From assembly GCF_006345805.1 (NCBI RefSeq), contig NC_043004.1, forward strand, positions 30,442,001 through 30,506,000: DNA of 64,000 nucleotides, in the 5' to 3' direction. A model generated the notes under the pieces. The model saw only the letters and a list, made by a program, of their open reading frames with translations. It did not search any database and had not been told where the DNA came from. Of this stretch, positions 11,900-25,046 are shown in pieces (position 1 is the first letter of the stretch; each line of letters starts with the position of its first letter). A program made the translations under genes and the position numbers. The DNA is from Octopus sinensis (Eukaryota).

Positions 11900-12640
11900 T
11901 CATTTAAATATAGATGTGATATATCTCGATTTTGTAAAGGTCTATGATAAAGTTGAACATGGAATAATATGTCACAAACTGAATGATTTTGACATAGTTG
12001 AAGAACTAAGGGAGTGGCTTTGAAGACTTTTTGTAATGTAGGGTCAGAAAATTGTAGTTAACTGATGTCTCCAAGGAAACTACAACTCATAGCAGAGACT
12101 CTCAGAGAACTATACTTGGACCACTACTATTTGTGGTACTTCTCTCAGGCATGCATTTGTCATATCTCACAAAAAGCATTACAAGCAGTCAAGAATACTA
12201 ATGATGACACAAAGCTACAGGAAAAACTGAAAACAATATTTAAGTTGGCTGAAGAAAACAACATGCAGTTAAAGGGTATCAGCACACAAACAGATTACAA
12301 TCTAAACACACAAAGCTAAAGGTTATTGCAATCCTGGATACACAGTCAGTGCTTGATCTGGGAACCCGCAGGGGTCGTTCTATGTGCATATTAAGATGAT
12401 AGCAACGTGTGGAGAACTGGCTGGCTGGATTTTGAGATATTTCGGAACAAGAAAAACAGAAACTATACTGATTCTGTAGAAAACTCTTTTTGCCTGTCAT
12501 CCGAAGCACTGCTTCCATTTATGATTGTCAAATAGTATCAAACTAAAGGGCTGTTATTCAAAGAAGGTCGTCTAAGTACAACAGATGGGCCATGGGGAGA
12601 TAATAGAACTGAGGCCCTACTCACAAGAACAAAGACGTAG
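11900..12640 (+). mobile_element. CR1/L2-type LINE RT relic
   Basis: DVIYLDFVKVYDKVEHGII and DDTKL...EENNMQL remnants; heavily decayed. Confidence 0.65.
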
Positions 12641-13564
12641 AGTATATGCAGTGTTAAATAAATATATACGTGTATGTGAGTTTGTGTGTGAGTGTGTGTG
12701 TAAGTTTGTGTGTGTGTGCATGTGTATGTATGTATGTGAGATAATGGAGTAGCAAGCATCTAACTTTGGAACTGACAGCTGGACTGAACTCCAAGCTGGA
12801 TACCACTACATTGAAGAAAGGTACAACTTCTCAATCTAGAGTAAGGAACTCCACGTTGTATTAAGATTTGAGAGTCCCTAGTTTTTTTTTTATTATTATA
12901 TTGTTAAAAACCTCATGGATGCATTTAAAAACACTTAAATGAGTTTTTATCTGAGATTCAAGAAGAACTTATATCATGGCAAGAAATGCAAATGAGGGAG
13001 ATGTGCAACTTCCTTGTTCAAAAGAGCAAAACACAGAGACAGGGACATGGAAATGAAATGAGATAAACTAATAATCATATTGGTGGGTCTCTAGCATGAC
13101 ATAACCCTCTGGCTGAAACGAGTAAAAGTAAAATAGAGAGAGAGAGAGTTAAATATATGCATACATGCATGAGTATGTGTGTGTGAATATATATATATTT
13201 ATATATATGTACACACATTTATACACACACACACATACACACATACATATAAAGAGAAAGAGACAGATGGATATACATACATTTATATATATTCTAGGGT
13301 GTGACAAGGAAGTTATATCTGGCCACTTAGAATGAAGAACTCCAAGATAACCCTGAGAGTGAATAAACAATTAATTTATAATCATTAGCTTGACAAAATA
13401 TATTTTGTTCTCAATAAGCCATAAGAGAAACAAAGCAGATTTCAGCAAATTAATGATTATGGATTAAATTATTATACATACTTTTATACACACACACATA
13501 TATATATATACACACATGCATAAACATGTGGTGTATGTATATGCATATATGTGTGGGTGTATAT

Positions 13565-13814
13565 ATATATATACACATATACATATATTTTGTTTTCATA
13601 TTTGGTTTGCAAGATTCTTTATGTGAATTCATGTGTTGAAGCATATTTTATTGTATCTGGGGATAGTCATTATATTTTAGTGCCTTATTACTTAACAAAC
13701 TCACTGCTTCAATTTCCACTTATTTACTTACTTATTTTTTTCTAAAATTTTTGAAGTGGTTGCAAGACACAACAAAAATCTTAGAAAAAATAAGTAAGTA
13801 AATGAGTGGAAATT
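13565..13814. mobile_element. AT-rich interspersed repeat with terminal fold-back duplication
   Basis: Related to 14130-14220 and 23450-23560; ~42-bp inverted arms at 13711-13753 / 13773-13814. Confidence 0.5.
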
Positions 13815-14530
13815 CTCACACCAATAATAATAAACACACACATGCTGGTTCAGTATTGCATCCTTATTGTTAGTCAATCAGTTGAATATCTAACCAACCA
13901 ACAAATTTTTGATGTGCTTAATGTCTCAGTTAAGCAACCAATTGGTTGATTGTTTATTGAAGTCCTTTCGTCACTATTCATGACCTTATCAATGACAAAC
14001 AAGCAGCCAACTGATTGTTTAACCAATGCATTAAACAAATGATCAATTAGTTAGTTGGTTAGATATTTAACTGACTGACTAACAATAAAGAAGTGATATC
14101 AAACCAGTGCATGTACTTATTATCATTGATGTAATGACCTTCCCAAGACACAACAAAATTTATTTCAACACATGAATTAACATAAAAAAAATCTAGCAAA
14201 CCAAATGCAAAAATGAGGTACATGTTTATACACACATACACACACACATACATCATCATCATCATTTAACGTCTGTTGTCCATGCTGGCAAGCTGGAAGG
14301 CTGCACCAGACACCAGTCTGATTTAGCATGGTTTCTAAGGCTGGATGCCTTTCCTAACACCAACCACTCCAATTATATATATAATCATATATATAATCAA
14401 AATAAGCAACAAGATATACAGTTGCTTATTTTGAATTTATTCGCCTTACTTTGAACTGTGTGGATAATACCAGACTGACTTGGTCCTTCAACTTAAGTAC
14501 CTAATTCAACTGAATCTCAATTATTTCTTT

Positions 14531-14593
<63 letters not shown>

Positions 14594-14601
14594 ATATATA
14601 T

Positions 14602-14812
14602 AAAGTTAATCCAAACATGAAAGCACAAAAAAACACAACAACGCGAGGACGTGAACAAATATAGTATTATTGGACGCACAGGAAAGAAGGAAAGAAGGAG
14701 GATTTAACGTTTCGAGTGGAGCTCTTCGTTGGAAACATAGGAGAAGGAAAGATCCAGAGAAGGAAAGACAGAGGAAAAAAAAAATCGCCAACGGTACACA
14801 CGCAGTCACACC
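14602..14812 (-). mobile_element. ~210-bp repeat (probable Penelope-like terminal repeat derivative) with hammerhead-like core
   Basis: Clear homolog at 62803-63015; both abut (TA)n; contains GAAGAGCTCCACTCGAAACGT. Confidence 0.7.
14702..14736 (-). ncRNA. Hammerhead-like motif, decayed variant core
   Basis: Minus strand GTTT-CCAACGA-A-GAG-ctcca-CTC-GAA-ACGT-T-AAAT. Confidence 0.45.
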
Positions 14813-15084
14813 CACACACAACTATGATGTTGTTGGTACATGTTCTTTGTCTATCTCCTTAACTTCTAGATTTTAGGTAAAATTATACTAATGTGTCCTT
14901 CTGTTCTAATTTAATTAAATTCTATGTCTTTGTGCAGCTGAAGATTGCTCTACATTTTAAATTGACGTAACAAAATGATTGCATTGTTCAATTAAATGGA
15001 GTCACATGAAACAATCGTACTGCATTACCTCTAGATATCCTTGTTGCTTATTTTGATATATATATATATACACACACACATGAA

Positions 15085-15300
15085 AGCATGTAGCTTAGTG
15101 TTTTAGAATGTTATACTTTTGAGTGAAAGATTGAGGTTTCAATTTCTGGATTTGGCAATGCACTTCATGTCACACTATTTCCCTCAGCAACCAAAAATCA
15201 GTAACCCTCTGCTGGACTGGCATCCTATCCAGTGGGGAGTATATATACCACAGGACCTGAAAAACCAGCCTTATGAGCCTATGACTCAAGAGGGCCCTTT
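15085..15300 (+). mobile_element. Degenerate tRNA-derived SINE related to 55650-55955
   Basis: Decayed tRNA-like head and CTGCTGGACTGGCATCCTATCCAGTGGGG segment. Confidence 0.5.
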
Positions 15301-15745
15301 GATTTGAGTTTTTATATATCTATACATAATAGAATATTTATACATGTATATAGTATAGACATACACATATATATAGATATCATACAATATATATTTAATA
15401 TATATGTATTGTGTGTGTAATTATAGATAGATAGGATAGATAGACAGATAGAGAACGATAGTGATATATATAATATGTATGTATGTATGTGGGGTTGAGT
15501 GTGGATTTATGTATATCATTTTTGTCATCATCATTGAGCATCTGTATTCCATGCTGGCATAGGTTTGAGAACTTAACAGATTCCAACAGGTGAGATGACT
15601 TTGTCGAGGTCTAATGTTTCAGTCTTCACATCTGTCAAATCCTGTCAAACTGTCCGATACATGACAGCATGGAATACCGACGCATGATGATGATGATGAT
15701 GATGATGATACTGATGCTGACGACATATATATATATATATATATA

Positions 15746-16551
15746 CAGGGGTTGGACAAAATAATGGAAACAACTAGCATCATAGCATCACAAATTTGAA
15801 ATATCTATAAAACCGTAAAAAGCTTGTTTATTTTTATGTTTTTTTTATTCATTATTAGTGTTGCTTAATATGTTTTGCCAAAATTGCTGTTATTTTCTTG
15901 GACGTATCATTCTTTACCTTATTTCTGACCGCCAACTGAGTATACATGTGGAGACAGCCAAAAGAAGCATTTGACCCAGACTGCCTTCTTTCAACTGTTA
16001 AACATGGAGCAGGATCTGAGATGATCAGTAAGGTGGGGTGGGGTGGGGGTGGGGCTATATTTTGGAAATTCGCCAGCCCAATGGTTTCCCTTCATGGCAG
16101 AATTAATAGTCAAGACTATTTAAGCATTTTATCTGAACAAATTCATCCTATGGTTGCAGAACTGTTTCTGGAGAGAAACGCAATCTTTCAGGATGATAAT
16201 GCACCAATTCCCACAGCTAAAGTTGTTACTGAATGGCACGAGGAACATTCTAGTGAAGTTGAACATCTTATCTGGCTACCACAGTCCCCAGATCTCAATA
16301 TTATTGAACATTTATGGTGCATTTTAGAAAAACAAGTAAGGAGTCAATATCCACCACCATCATCACTACACAAACTGGAGACTGTTTTAGCTGAAGAATG
16401 GACAAAAATTCCTTCAGAAATAATTCAAACTTTGTACGAGTCCATACCTCATAGAATTCAAGCTGTAATTACTGCCAAAGCAGTTCTACCTCGTATTAAA
16501 ATAAATTTATTTGAAATTTTATGGTGTTTCCATTATTTTGTCCAACCCCTG
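15746..16551 (+). mobile_element. Internally deleted Tc1-like transposon with DD36E spacing
   Basis: Perfect 27-bp TIRs CAGGGGTTGGACAAAATAATGGAAACA; ORF 15946-16614 has FQDDNAP...PQSPDLNIIEHLW with 36 residues between D and E. Confidence 0.9.
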
Positions 16552-16609
16552 CGTATGTATGTATATCTATATATATATGTGTATGTATGTTTGGATGGAA
16601 GGATGGATG

Positions 16610-16661
<52 letters not shown>

Positions 16662-16846
16662 GATGGAAATAATTAAGATTCAGTTGAATAAGGTACTTAA
16701 GTTGATGCACCAAGCCACTTAAATATTATCTGCTCAAAGTAAGGTGAATAAAATGCAAATAAGTAACAAGGATGTTACCTGACATTCTTGTTACTTATTT
16801 GCTTCATATATATATATATATACACATATATGTGTGTATGAATATA

Positions 16847-17079
16847 TAGGTTTGGCCAAAAGTCACCTGACTGTAAATCAAAGCCATTTAATTCCAAGAT
16901 TTATTTAAGTTTAACAACTGAATGAATTTAAGAAAAACACCTAAATATGAAACATCATGAAGATTGTTCAAACTAAAGTCCTTCTTGAGCGACGCATTTT
17001 TCCATTCAAGTCAATACAGAGTTACAGATGGTATTCATGGAGCTTTGATTTACTGTCGGGTGACTTTTGGCCAACCCTG
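16847..17079. mobile_element. Tc1-type MITE
   Basis: 38-bp imperfect TIRs (AGGTTTGGCCAAAAGTCACCTGACTGTAAATCAAAGC and its inverse); 233 bp; no coding capacity. Confidence 0.85.
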
Positions 17080-17384
17080 TGTGTATGTGTGTGTGTATAC
17101 ACACATGTAAGATGAATATATATCATGCATGTTTAGAATGTTTATATATAAGTATATATACCTTGCCTGTGTGCATGTATATATATATTGTATAAACAAA
17201 TCTTGTCTATATATGTATCACTCATTCTCTCCCTCTCTCTCTATATATATATGTATGTGTATATATATATGTATATATATTTATATATGTGTGTGTGTGT
17301 GTATAGATAGATAAATAGATAGATATAAATTATATATATATATATATATATAATATATATATATATATGTATATATATGTGTGT

Positions 17385-17438
<54 letters not shown>

Positions 17439-17734
17439 CAATATATATATTTATAACTGTTACACTTATATTTTATATCTGCACTCAAATGCAAATATAT
17501 TCATGAAAATTTATATGTACTCATAAATAGATGTGTATGCATATGCAATCACATATACAAACACAAACCTACATACACAACGACATACACAGACACCTCC
17601 ACAGGCACTGCTATATGCACAGCCACACACATATGCTTGCATGTAGATTTGTGCATGAGAGGGGGTAAAAAACGAATGAATTATGGATAGAATGAATGAA
17701 GTTTATGTAGAAAGATTGGCAGAGAAAGAATGAG

Positions 17735-17778
<44 letters not shown>

Positions 17779-18309
17779 TGTGTGTGTGTCTGTGTGTGTA
17801 TGTGTGTGAGAGAGAGAGACAGACAGACAGAGAGAAGGCCTGAGAAGGTATGTTGGCAAGAGAGTGGGTAAGAGGTGGTTAGCAGATAAAAAATAATGTG
17901 AAGTCAGTAAAATATAGATGCAGAAGGTAAATGAAAGTATTTTAAAAGAAGAATATGCATCTGTATGCCTTGTAACTAAAATTTCTTTCTGAAAACAACA
18001 TTATTGATTTATATTTTCATCAAAAAAAGGAAAAAAAAAAACCCTAAAAACAAAAAAACACAAAGCAAAAATAGAATAAAAAATTAAAATAAAGTGAAAA
18101 CAGTAATGTTATATTAATTATTAATTAATATTTTATTCTTAAACTACAAGATGAAAAAGAAAAAAAAAACTGTAAAAAAATATTGAGAAAATGAAATGGA
18201 AATTTATCCTGATAATTGGGCAGAAAAAGAAAAAAACTAAAGAAAGATATGTGTAGATAATATTTGATATTCTCATTTTTCTTGCTTAGTTAGATAATGG
18301 ATTATGATA

Positions 18310-18499
18310 CATGCATGCATGCATACATGCATACATACATACATACATACATACATACACACATACATACATACATACATATATAGATACATATATACAT
18401 TACATACATACATACATCACATGCACATACACAAGTATATGATCATCGTCATCATATGTCTGATTTCCACGCTGGTATTTATAAATATATATATATATA

Positions 18500-18549
<50 letters not shown>

Positions 18550-18578
18550 TATATATACACACATATATATATATACAT

Positions 18579-18623
<45 letters not shown>

Positions 18624-18726
18624 GCATGTATGTATATATATAATATATATATATATATGTATATATATATATGTATATATCTATATATATATATATATAT
18701 ATACATATATGTGTATATATATATAT

Positions 18727-18789
<63 letters not shown>

Positions 18790-18806
18790 TGTACATGCAC
18801 ACATGC

Positions 18807-18847
<41 letters not shown>

Positions 18848-18960
18848 GCCATATACTTATGTACTTTATATACATACATACAAACATACATACATACATA
18901 TATGTACACACACACATGAATATATATGTGTATACGTATGTATATGCATAACCCTGTGTA
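18310..18960. repeat. Compound (TACA)n/(TA)n/(CA)n microsatellite
   Basis: Direct inspection; source of several spurious ORFs. Confidence 0.95.
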
Positions 18961-19115
18961 TGTATATGATGTGGTAGGTGTATAAAGGCAGGGCTGTCAG
19001 CAGTGAAAGTAAGACCAGTAGGTAATTAATGTAGTAAGGATTTCAAAAGATACTGAAGATATCGAGAAGTCACTTGAGGTTTGTTACTAATAGGCTCTCT
19101 ACATCTCTGTGTCCT

Positions 19116-19178
<63 letters not shown>

Positions 19179-19685
19179 TTCTTTCTTCCTTTTTCTCTTT
19201 CTCACCCCTTTTTCTCGTGCAATGGCTGAAACACTAACATAATAGAATACACTCGTTTCAGTTGAATCACTTCTTCCTTTTAAATAAATCAATATTTTTC
19301 AATGCTAATATTTCTCTCTATTTCTGTAAGAGCTTGAGTGAACGACTGAGTGAGTCGATGAAAGGAAAAGAAAAGGAGATAGTAAAAGAGAGTGAGAGAG
19401 AGAGGGAGAAAGAGAGAAGGAGAGGGAAAGAACAACAATCACAACAACAACAATAACACCATTATTGATACAGATACTATGAGTTATAATGATGATGATG
19501 ATGATGATTTCTTTAGTTGTCATAAGGACACCAAAAAGAACTATAACATTAGAAAACATCATAATACAATAAAAATGATGATGATGATGATGATAGTAGT
19601 AGTGGTGGCGGTGGTGGTGGCGGTAGTAATGATACTGACATGATGATGACCATTGTCATCATCATGAAAGAAGAAAGAAGAAATG

Positions 19686-19733
<48 letters not shown>

Positions 19734-20335
19734 TAATAACGATACTAACATGATGATGACGAAGATGATGAAAAAGAGAGAAAGACAAGGATATTTGCGG
19801 TTTTACTGAAACATGCAAGCTTGATTCTTTACACATATATCAGCTAGTTTCCTAAATATTATTCAAATAATATTTATTTTCTGAATTCTCAGCTAAGCTT
19901 ACTTGGAATTGCTGAAATTCCTCAATTATGATATATGATAAGGTTTGTACAAACACCGGGTGAAGCAGGGAAGAGAGAAAGAAAGAGAGAGAAGGAGAGG
20001 GAGAAAGAGAGAAGGAAAGAGAGAGAGAGAAGAGACAAAGAGAGGGAGTAGGGAGAGCCGATACGGACCTACCCTAGGAATTCTGGGATGATTTCTGTAT
20101 TGGAAAGGGAGACCTTTTTCTTCCCCCACCACCACTTCCTATTAGGGCACAGCATCAAAATGAAAGCAGATTTTGTAAAAAATCAGATGTTAAGCTTTGT
20201 AAATGATCCTTAAAGGGGACAAATATTTGTAAAAATTTAATACTGAATTTAATCCTACATTGTTTTATGTGACATTTTGTGTTGTTTTATTTTTGCTTTT
20301 TATTTTTAATAAAAAAAAGCTGTTCTTTTATGTAG

Positions 20336-20403
20336 ACATTGGCAATGGTGATCAGTGGGTGTGCAATATCAAACTGTGTGTAGGAAAGGAAGACCGCTGT
20401 TAA
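20336..20403 (+). CDS. Candidate terminal coding exon (xIGNGDQWVCNIKLCVGKEDRC*), product unknown
   Basis: T-rich tract and TAG acceptor (20334-20335), 21 open codons to TAA, then UTR-like AT-rich DNA; the in-register antisense frame is also open. Confidence 0.25.
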
Positions 20404-21582
20404 AATTTAACAACAGATTTTCAAGAAATACCATGGAACTAATTATTTAACATGCAAATATTCTGTAGCACAACAACCACCATAACACTATCATTCTCCA
20501 CCAACTCCACCACCACCACCACCGCTGCATACACACACCTGCTACACGACAAAGTGAAAGTAAGAAAAAATAAAATAAACAAAGAAAGCAACTATCTCAA
20601 GAAATTCTCTTGTACTATGAGGGAAAAACTTTCTTGAAATATTGTAATGATTTTTAATATTTTTCTGAATGTTTAAATTATAATTGTTACTAGACTGAAA
20701 TTGTATTTCTGTTCAAAATTTTAAATATTGAGTGAATTTAATGAAATGTTTTTAATTAATGGAAATATGATGATTTTGAGGGAAAATGATGGTTTTGGTT
20801 AATTTGTAATTATAATTATAATTAGAGCATTATTAATCTATTTATCTATCTATCACTCTCTCTCTCTCACTATGTGAATGTACATAAATATACGTATGCA
20901 TGTTAGGGGTGTGTGCATGTGTGTGTGTGCATATGCATATGTAGGCATATCTTTCTATGCATGTATGTATGTATGAATGGATGGAGAGATGGTTGGATGA
21001 ATGAATGGATGTGTGTGTATATATGTGTGTGTGTGTATGTATATATATATATATGTATAATTATATTATATATATATATTTATATGTGAATAGGTATATA
21101 TATATATATACCTATTCACATATAAATATATATATATAATATAATTATACATACACATATATATAACACGACTTGTTAAATATTTATATATCTTTATTTT
21201 TCTCTTTCTTTCGGTATATATATATATATATATTATACACACACTCACGCAAACACATGCACACAAATATACCCGAACACACAAACACACTCACACACAC
21301 ATATAACAAAAGAAAGAAGAGGAATAGCAAATGTGGAGACTAAAATTTGTGACTGCAGAAGGAAGAAAATTGTACAAGACAGAGTGCAGCAGAGATGCAG
21401 AAGAGGAGATACAGCTGTAGTTAGTTGTATTATAGATGGAGCTCTTATAAAAGCAATAAAAACACAGTTTGTTTGTTTGTTGTTTGATCTCATTTTTGGT
21501 TTGGCTATATATCGAAAAAAAAAAAATGTATGTATATATATATATAAATATTAGGGGGTGAAAATACAAAACTGTGTCCTAC

Positions 21583-22110
21583 CTTGGGTGTAAGAAACAG
21601 ATATAGCTTCAGGTTGGAAGGTAGATGCAGTATTATTGTTGGCAACAACAGTCCACAACAGTTTGAAATCCCTACAGTGCCAATAACTGTAGTTCTGACT
21701 TCGGCAAATATAATCCATAACACTGACAGAAATTGAATTGGCAGCAGTAGCAGCAGCGGTAGTAGTAGCAGCAGCAGCAGCAGCAACAGTAGTAGTAGTA
21801 GTAGTAGCTGCAGCGGCAGAACCAGTGGTGACAACAGTGGCAGCGGTGTTAGCGATAGCAGGCAATGATGGCAGAGTTGGAGGCAGCAGTTGTTGTAGTA
21901 GTAGTGGTGGTGGCGGTGGCGATGGCGGTGGTGACTGTAGCAGTAATGGTAGTGATGGTGGTGGTGGTGGGAGCAAGGAAAGCTGTAGTAGTAGTCGTAG
22001 TAGTAGCATTAACAACACCAGCAGTGATGGCAAAGCTCTCTTAATTGTAGTAGTAGTAGTAGTAGCAGAGGTAGTTACAAGAACTAATAGTAGTAGTAAT
22101 TGTTGTTGTT

Positions 22111-22150
<40 letters not shown>

Positions 22151-22277
22151 CAGTGTCATCATTATCATCATTGTCTTTGTTGTTGTCATCAGCATCATCA
22201 TCATCAACATTACCATCATTGGTTTCATGAGGATGATGATGATGATAATCATCATCACCATTATTGTCATCATCACT

Positions 22278-22309
<32 letters not shown>

Positions 22310-22396
22310 CAACAACATTCTCACCACCACCACCATCACCATCATGATCGTCTTCATCATCACCATCATCAAATTCAGCCAGGCTGTGTCAGATGC
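21583..22396 (-). other. Triplet low-complexity tract with a unique 3' segment; possible exon
   Basis: Open minus-strand frame bounded by CAG (22399-22397) and AAG/GTAGGA (21583/21582); the 5' half would encode implausible poly-Leu/Val/Met. Confidence 0.2.
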
Positions 22397-22555
22397 CTGC
22401 TAATGTTGGCTAGAAGAGAAGCAGAAGAAAGCCAGGTATTTCCCCGACAGTTATTGGAGCCAACAATCAATGGAACCTTTCTTTGACAAATAAACTCCCC
22501 CCTCATGCCTGCCCACACTTCTCTAAATCACAAACACACACACGCACACACACAC

Positions 22556-22600
<45 letters not shown>

Positions 22601-22995
22601 TGTGCATATGCACAAAATATATATATATATATATTCATACAAAGACACACATATATACACATATACATATGCATAATATTACTATACCTAAGCAAAATTA
22701 ATATATCTGTGTGTGTGTGTGTGTATGTGTGTTTTAAATGTAGATATATATTCACATACACACACACACACATATATATACATAGGTATGTGCATGTGTA
22801 TGTATTTATGTATGTATGTATGTATGAATCTATGTATGCATGAATCTATCAATGTATGTATGCATGCAATGTATGTGTCTAATTCTATCTATCGATCTAT
22901 ATTTCTTATTCTACAACACAAACCATTTTCCCTAATTTATAGTTCGAACCAATAATATCAGCAACAACAACAACAACAACAATAATAACATCTAC

Positions 22996-23786
22996 TTCTG
23001 GCACGAGGCCAGCAATTTTGAGGGAAGGGGGATAAGTCAATTACATTGGCCTCACTACTTGACTAGTATATTATTCTATTGACCCCAAAAAGATGTCATG
23101 CAAAGTTGACCTTAGCAGTAGTTGAACTCAAAACTTAAAGATCCAGAGGAAATTCTGTAAACCATTTAATCCAATGCTCTACTGATTCTGCCAGCTTGCT
23201 GCATTAATAATTATGATAATCCTTCTTGCTATAAACAAAAGGCCTGAAATTTCAAGGGAGGGGGTCAGTTGATCACATTGACCCGAGTACTCAACTGGTA
23301 TTTAATTCATGGACCCCAAAAGAATGAATGACTCGGCAGAGTTTGAACTCAGAATATAAAAAAGAATGAAATGCCACAAAGCATTTTGTCCAGCATGCTA
23401 ACGATTCTGTGAGCTAACCATCTTCATCATAATAACTATAATAACAACAATAATAATGGGAAAAAATATATAAATAATAAATGAGTGGAAATTGAACCAG
23501 TGTGTGTGTTACATAGTAAGGCATTAAGACAATATGACTCTCCCCATACACAACAATCATAATGATAATAATGATTTCAAATTTTGGCACAAGGCCAGCA
23601 ATTTTGGGGAAGGGCAAATCAATTACATCAATCCCAGTGTTCATTCAACTGGTATTTATTTTATTGACCCTGAAAGGATGAAAGGCAAAGTCAACTTTGG
23701 TGGAATTTGAACTCAGAACATAGCAATGGGCAAAATACCACAAAGCATTTTGTCCAGTGTGCAAACAATTTTGCCAGCTCACTGCC

Positions 23787-23788
<2 letters not shown>
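22996..23788 (-). mobile_element. Three clustered copies of a tRNA-derived SINE (Meta/Sauria-like central domain)
   Basis: Repeated GACCCxGAAAGGATGAAAGGCAAAGTCxACC...TTTGAACTCAGAA at ~22996-23200, 23215-23420 and 23572-23788; domain name is inferred. Confidence 0.75.
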
Positions 23789-23855
<67 letters not shown>

Positions 23856-23859
<4 letters not shown>

Positions 23860-24815
23860 CCTCTCTATGGCAAATACCCAAAGAGAGTGAATAATGCAGA
23901 TATCGACAAAGCCCTGACCCATCAATGGCTAATGGCCTCTGGCTTAAAATCTGAAACAGAGGGGTTTATCATAGCAGCTCGAGATCAATGCCTACCAACA
24001 AGAAACTACCAGGCCAACATATTAAGGAACGGCAGTAGCCCAACATGTCGTGTATGCCGACAACAAAATGAAACCATTGACCATGTTGTCTCTAAATGCA
24101 GTCTTCTAGCGCCTACAGAGTACATCAGTAGGCATGATAGAGCTGCACGATATATTCACTGGGTAATTTGCAAAAACCTGGATTTGCCCCATGAAAAAAA
24201 CTGGTGGGAACACAATCCACCTCCTGTGCTTGAAAATGACCACATCTCACTCCTCTGGAACTTCACCATTCAAACTGACAAGAAGATAGATGCAAATAGG
24301 CCAGACATTATATTGAAAGACTTCAGTCAAAGAACATGCCTCCTCATTGATATGACTGTCCCAATCGATATAAACGTATCTGTCAAGACCTACCAAAAAC
24401 TGAGCAAATATAAAGATCTTGAAATAGAAATCAGCAAAATGTGGAAGCTGAAGACTAAAACAATACCTGTTGTCATAGGTGCCCTGGGAATGATAGCGAA
24501 AGGGACTGATTGCTACCTAACTCAGATACCAGGAAACCCCAAAATGGCAGAAATTCAAAAGATAGTGCTCGTGGGAACTGCTCATATCCTACGCAAAATA
24601 CTCTCTATGTAATCCCAAGGTTTAAAACAAACCTTTTTTTTTATTTATTTATTATTATTATTTTTTTTTTATGTATTAGACATTCACTAGTACAACACCA
24701 AGAAAAAAAAAAAAAAAAATATATGGCACAGAACTTCTAACCTGTTGTCTCTTGCGGTCTCTGGGTGAGACTTGGAGCCAACTTGTACAGACATAAAGCA
24801 AAAGTCAAACATAGA
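23856..24815 (+). mobile_element. 5'-truncated R4/Dong-clade non-LTR retrotransposon
   Basis: ORF 23887-24612: CCHC knuckle (CRVC...ETIDHVVSKC), RHD motif, restriction-like endonuclease (RPDIIL...IDMTVP...KLSKY); (TAA)n on both flanks. Confidence 0.9.
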
Positions 24816-24858
24816 ATAATAATAATAATAATAATAATGATAATAATAATAATAATAG

Positions 24859-24889
<31 letters not shown>

Positions 24890-25046
24890 AATAATTGGTA
24901 ATGATGGTGATAATGATTTTCTTATATTTGCCACTAGGGTGAGGGATCAGGGAGAAAATACTTTTTCTTACATTTACTTTATATGTAAATCTCTACACTT
25001 TATGCATACGGATCTACATAGGATTCAGTACTAACAAAAGAATTAG

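Noticed and set aside
18304-18951. Long ORFs rich in YI/HT/CV (also at 41582-42125, 43238-43961, 50874-51375, 36098-36613)
   Set aside because: Translations of (TA)n, (CA)n, (TACA)n and (GATA)n microsatellites, which lack stop codons
21738-22403. 221-aa plus-strand ORF and a His-rich frame ending QPGCVRCLLMLARREAEESQ
   Set aside because: Mosaic of triplet repeats; no polypyrimidine acceptor, recognisable domain or credible start
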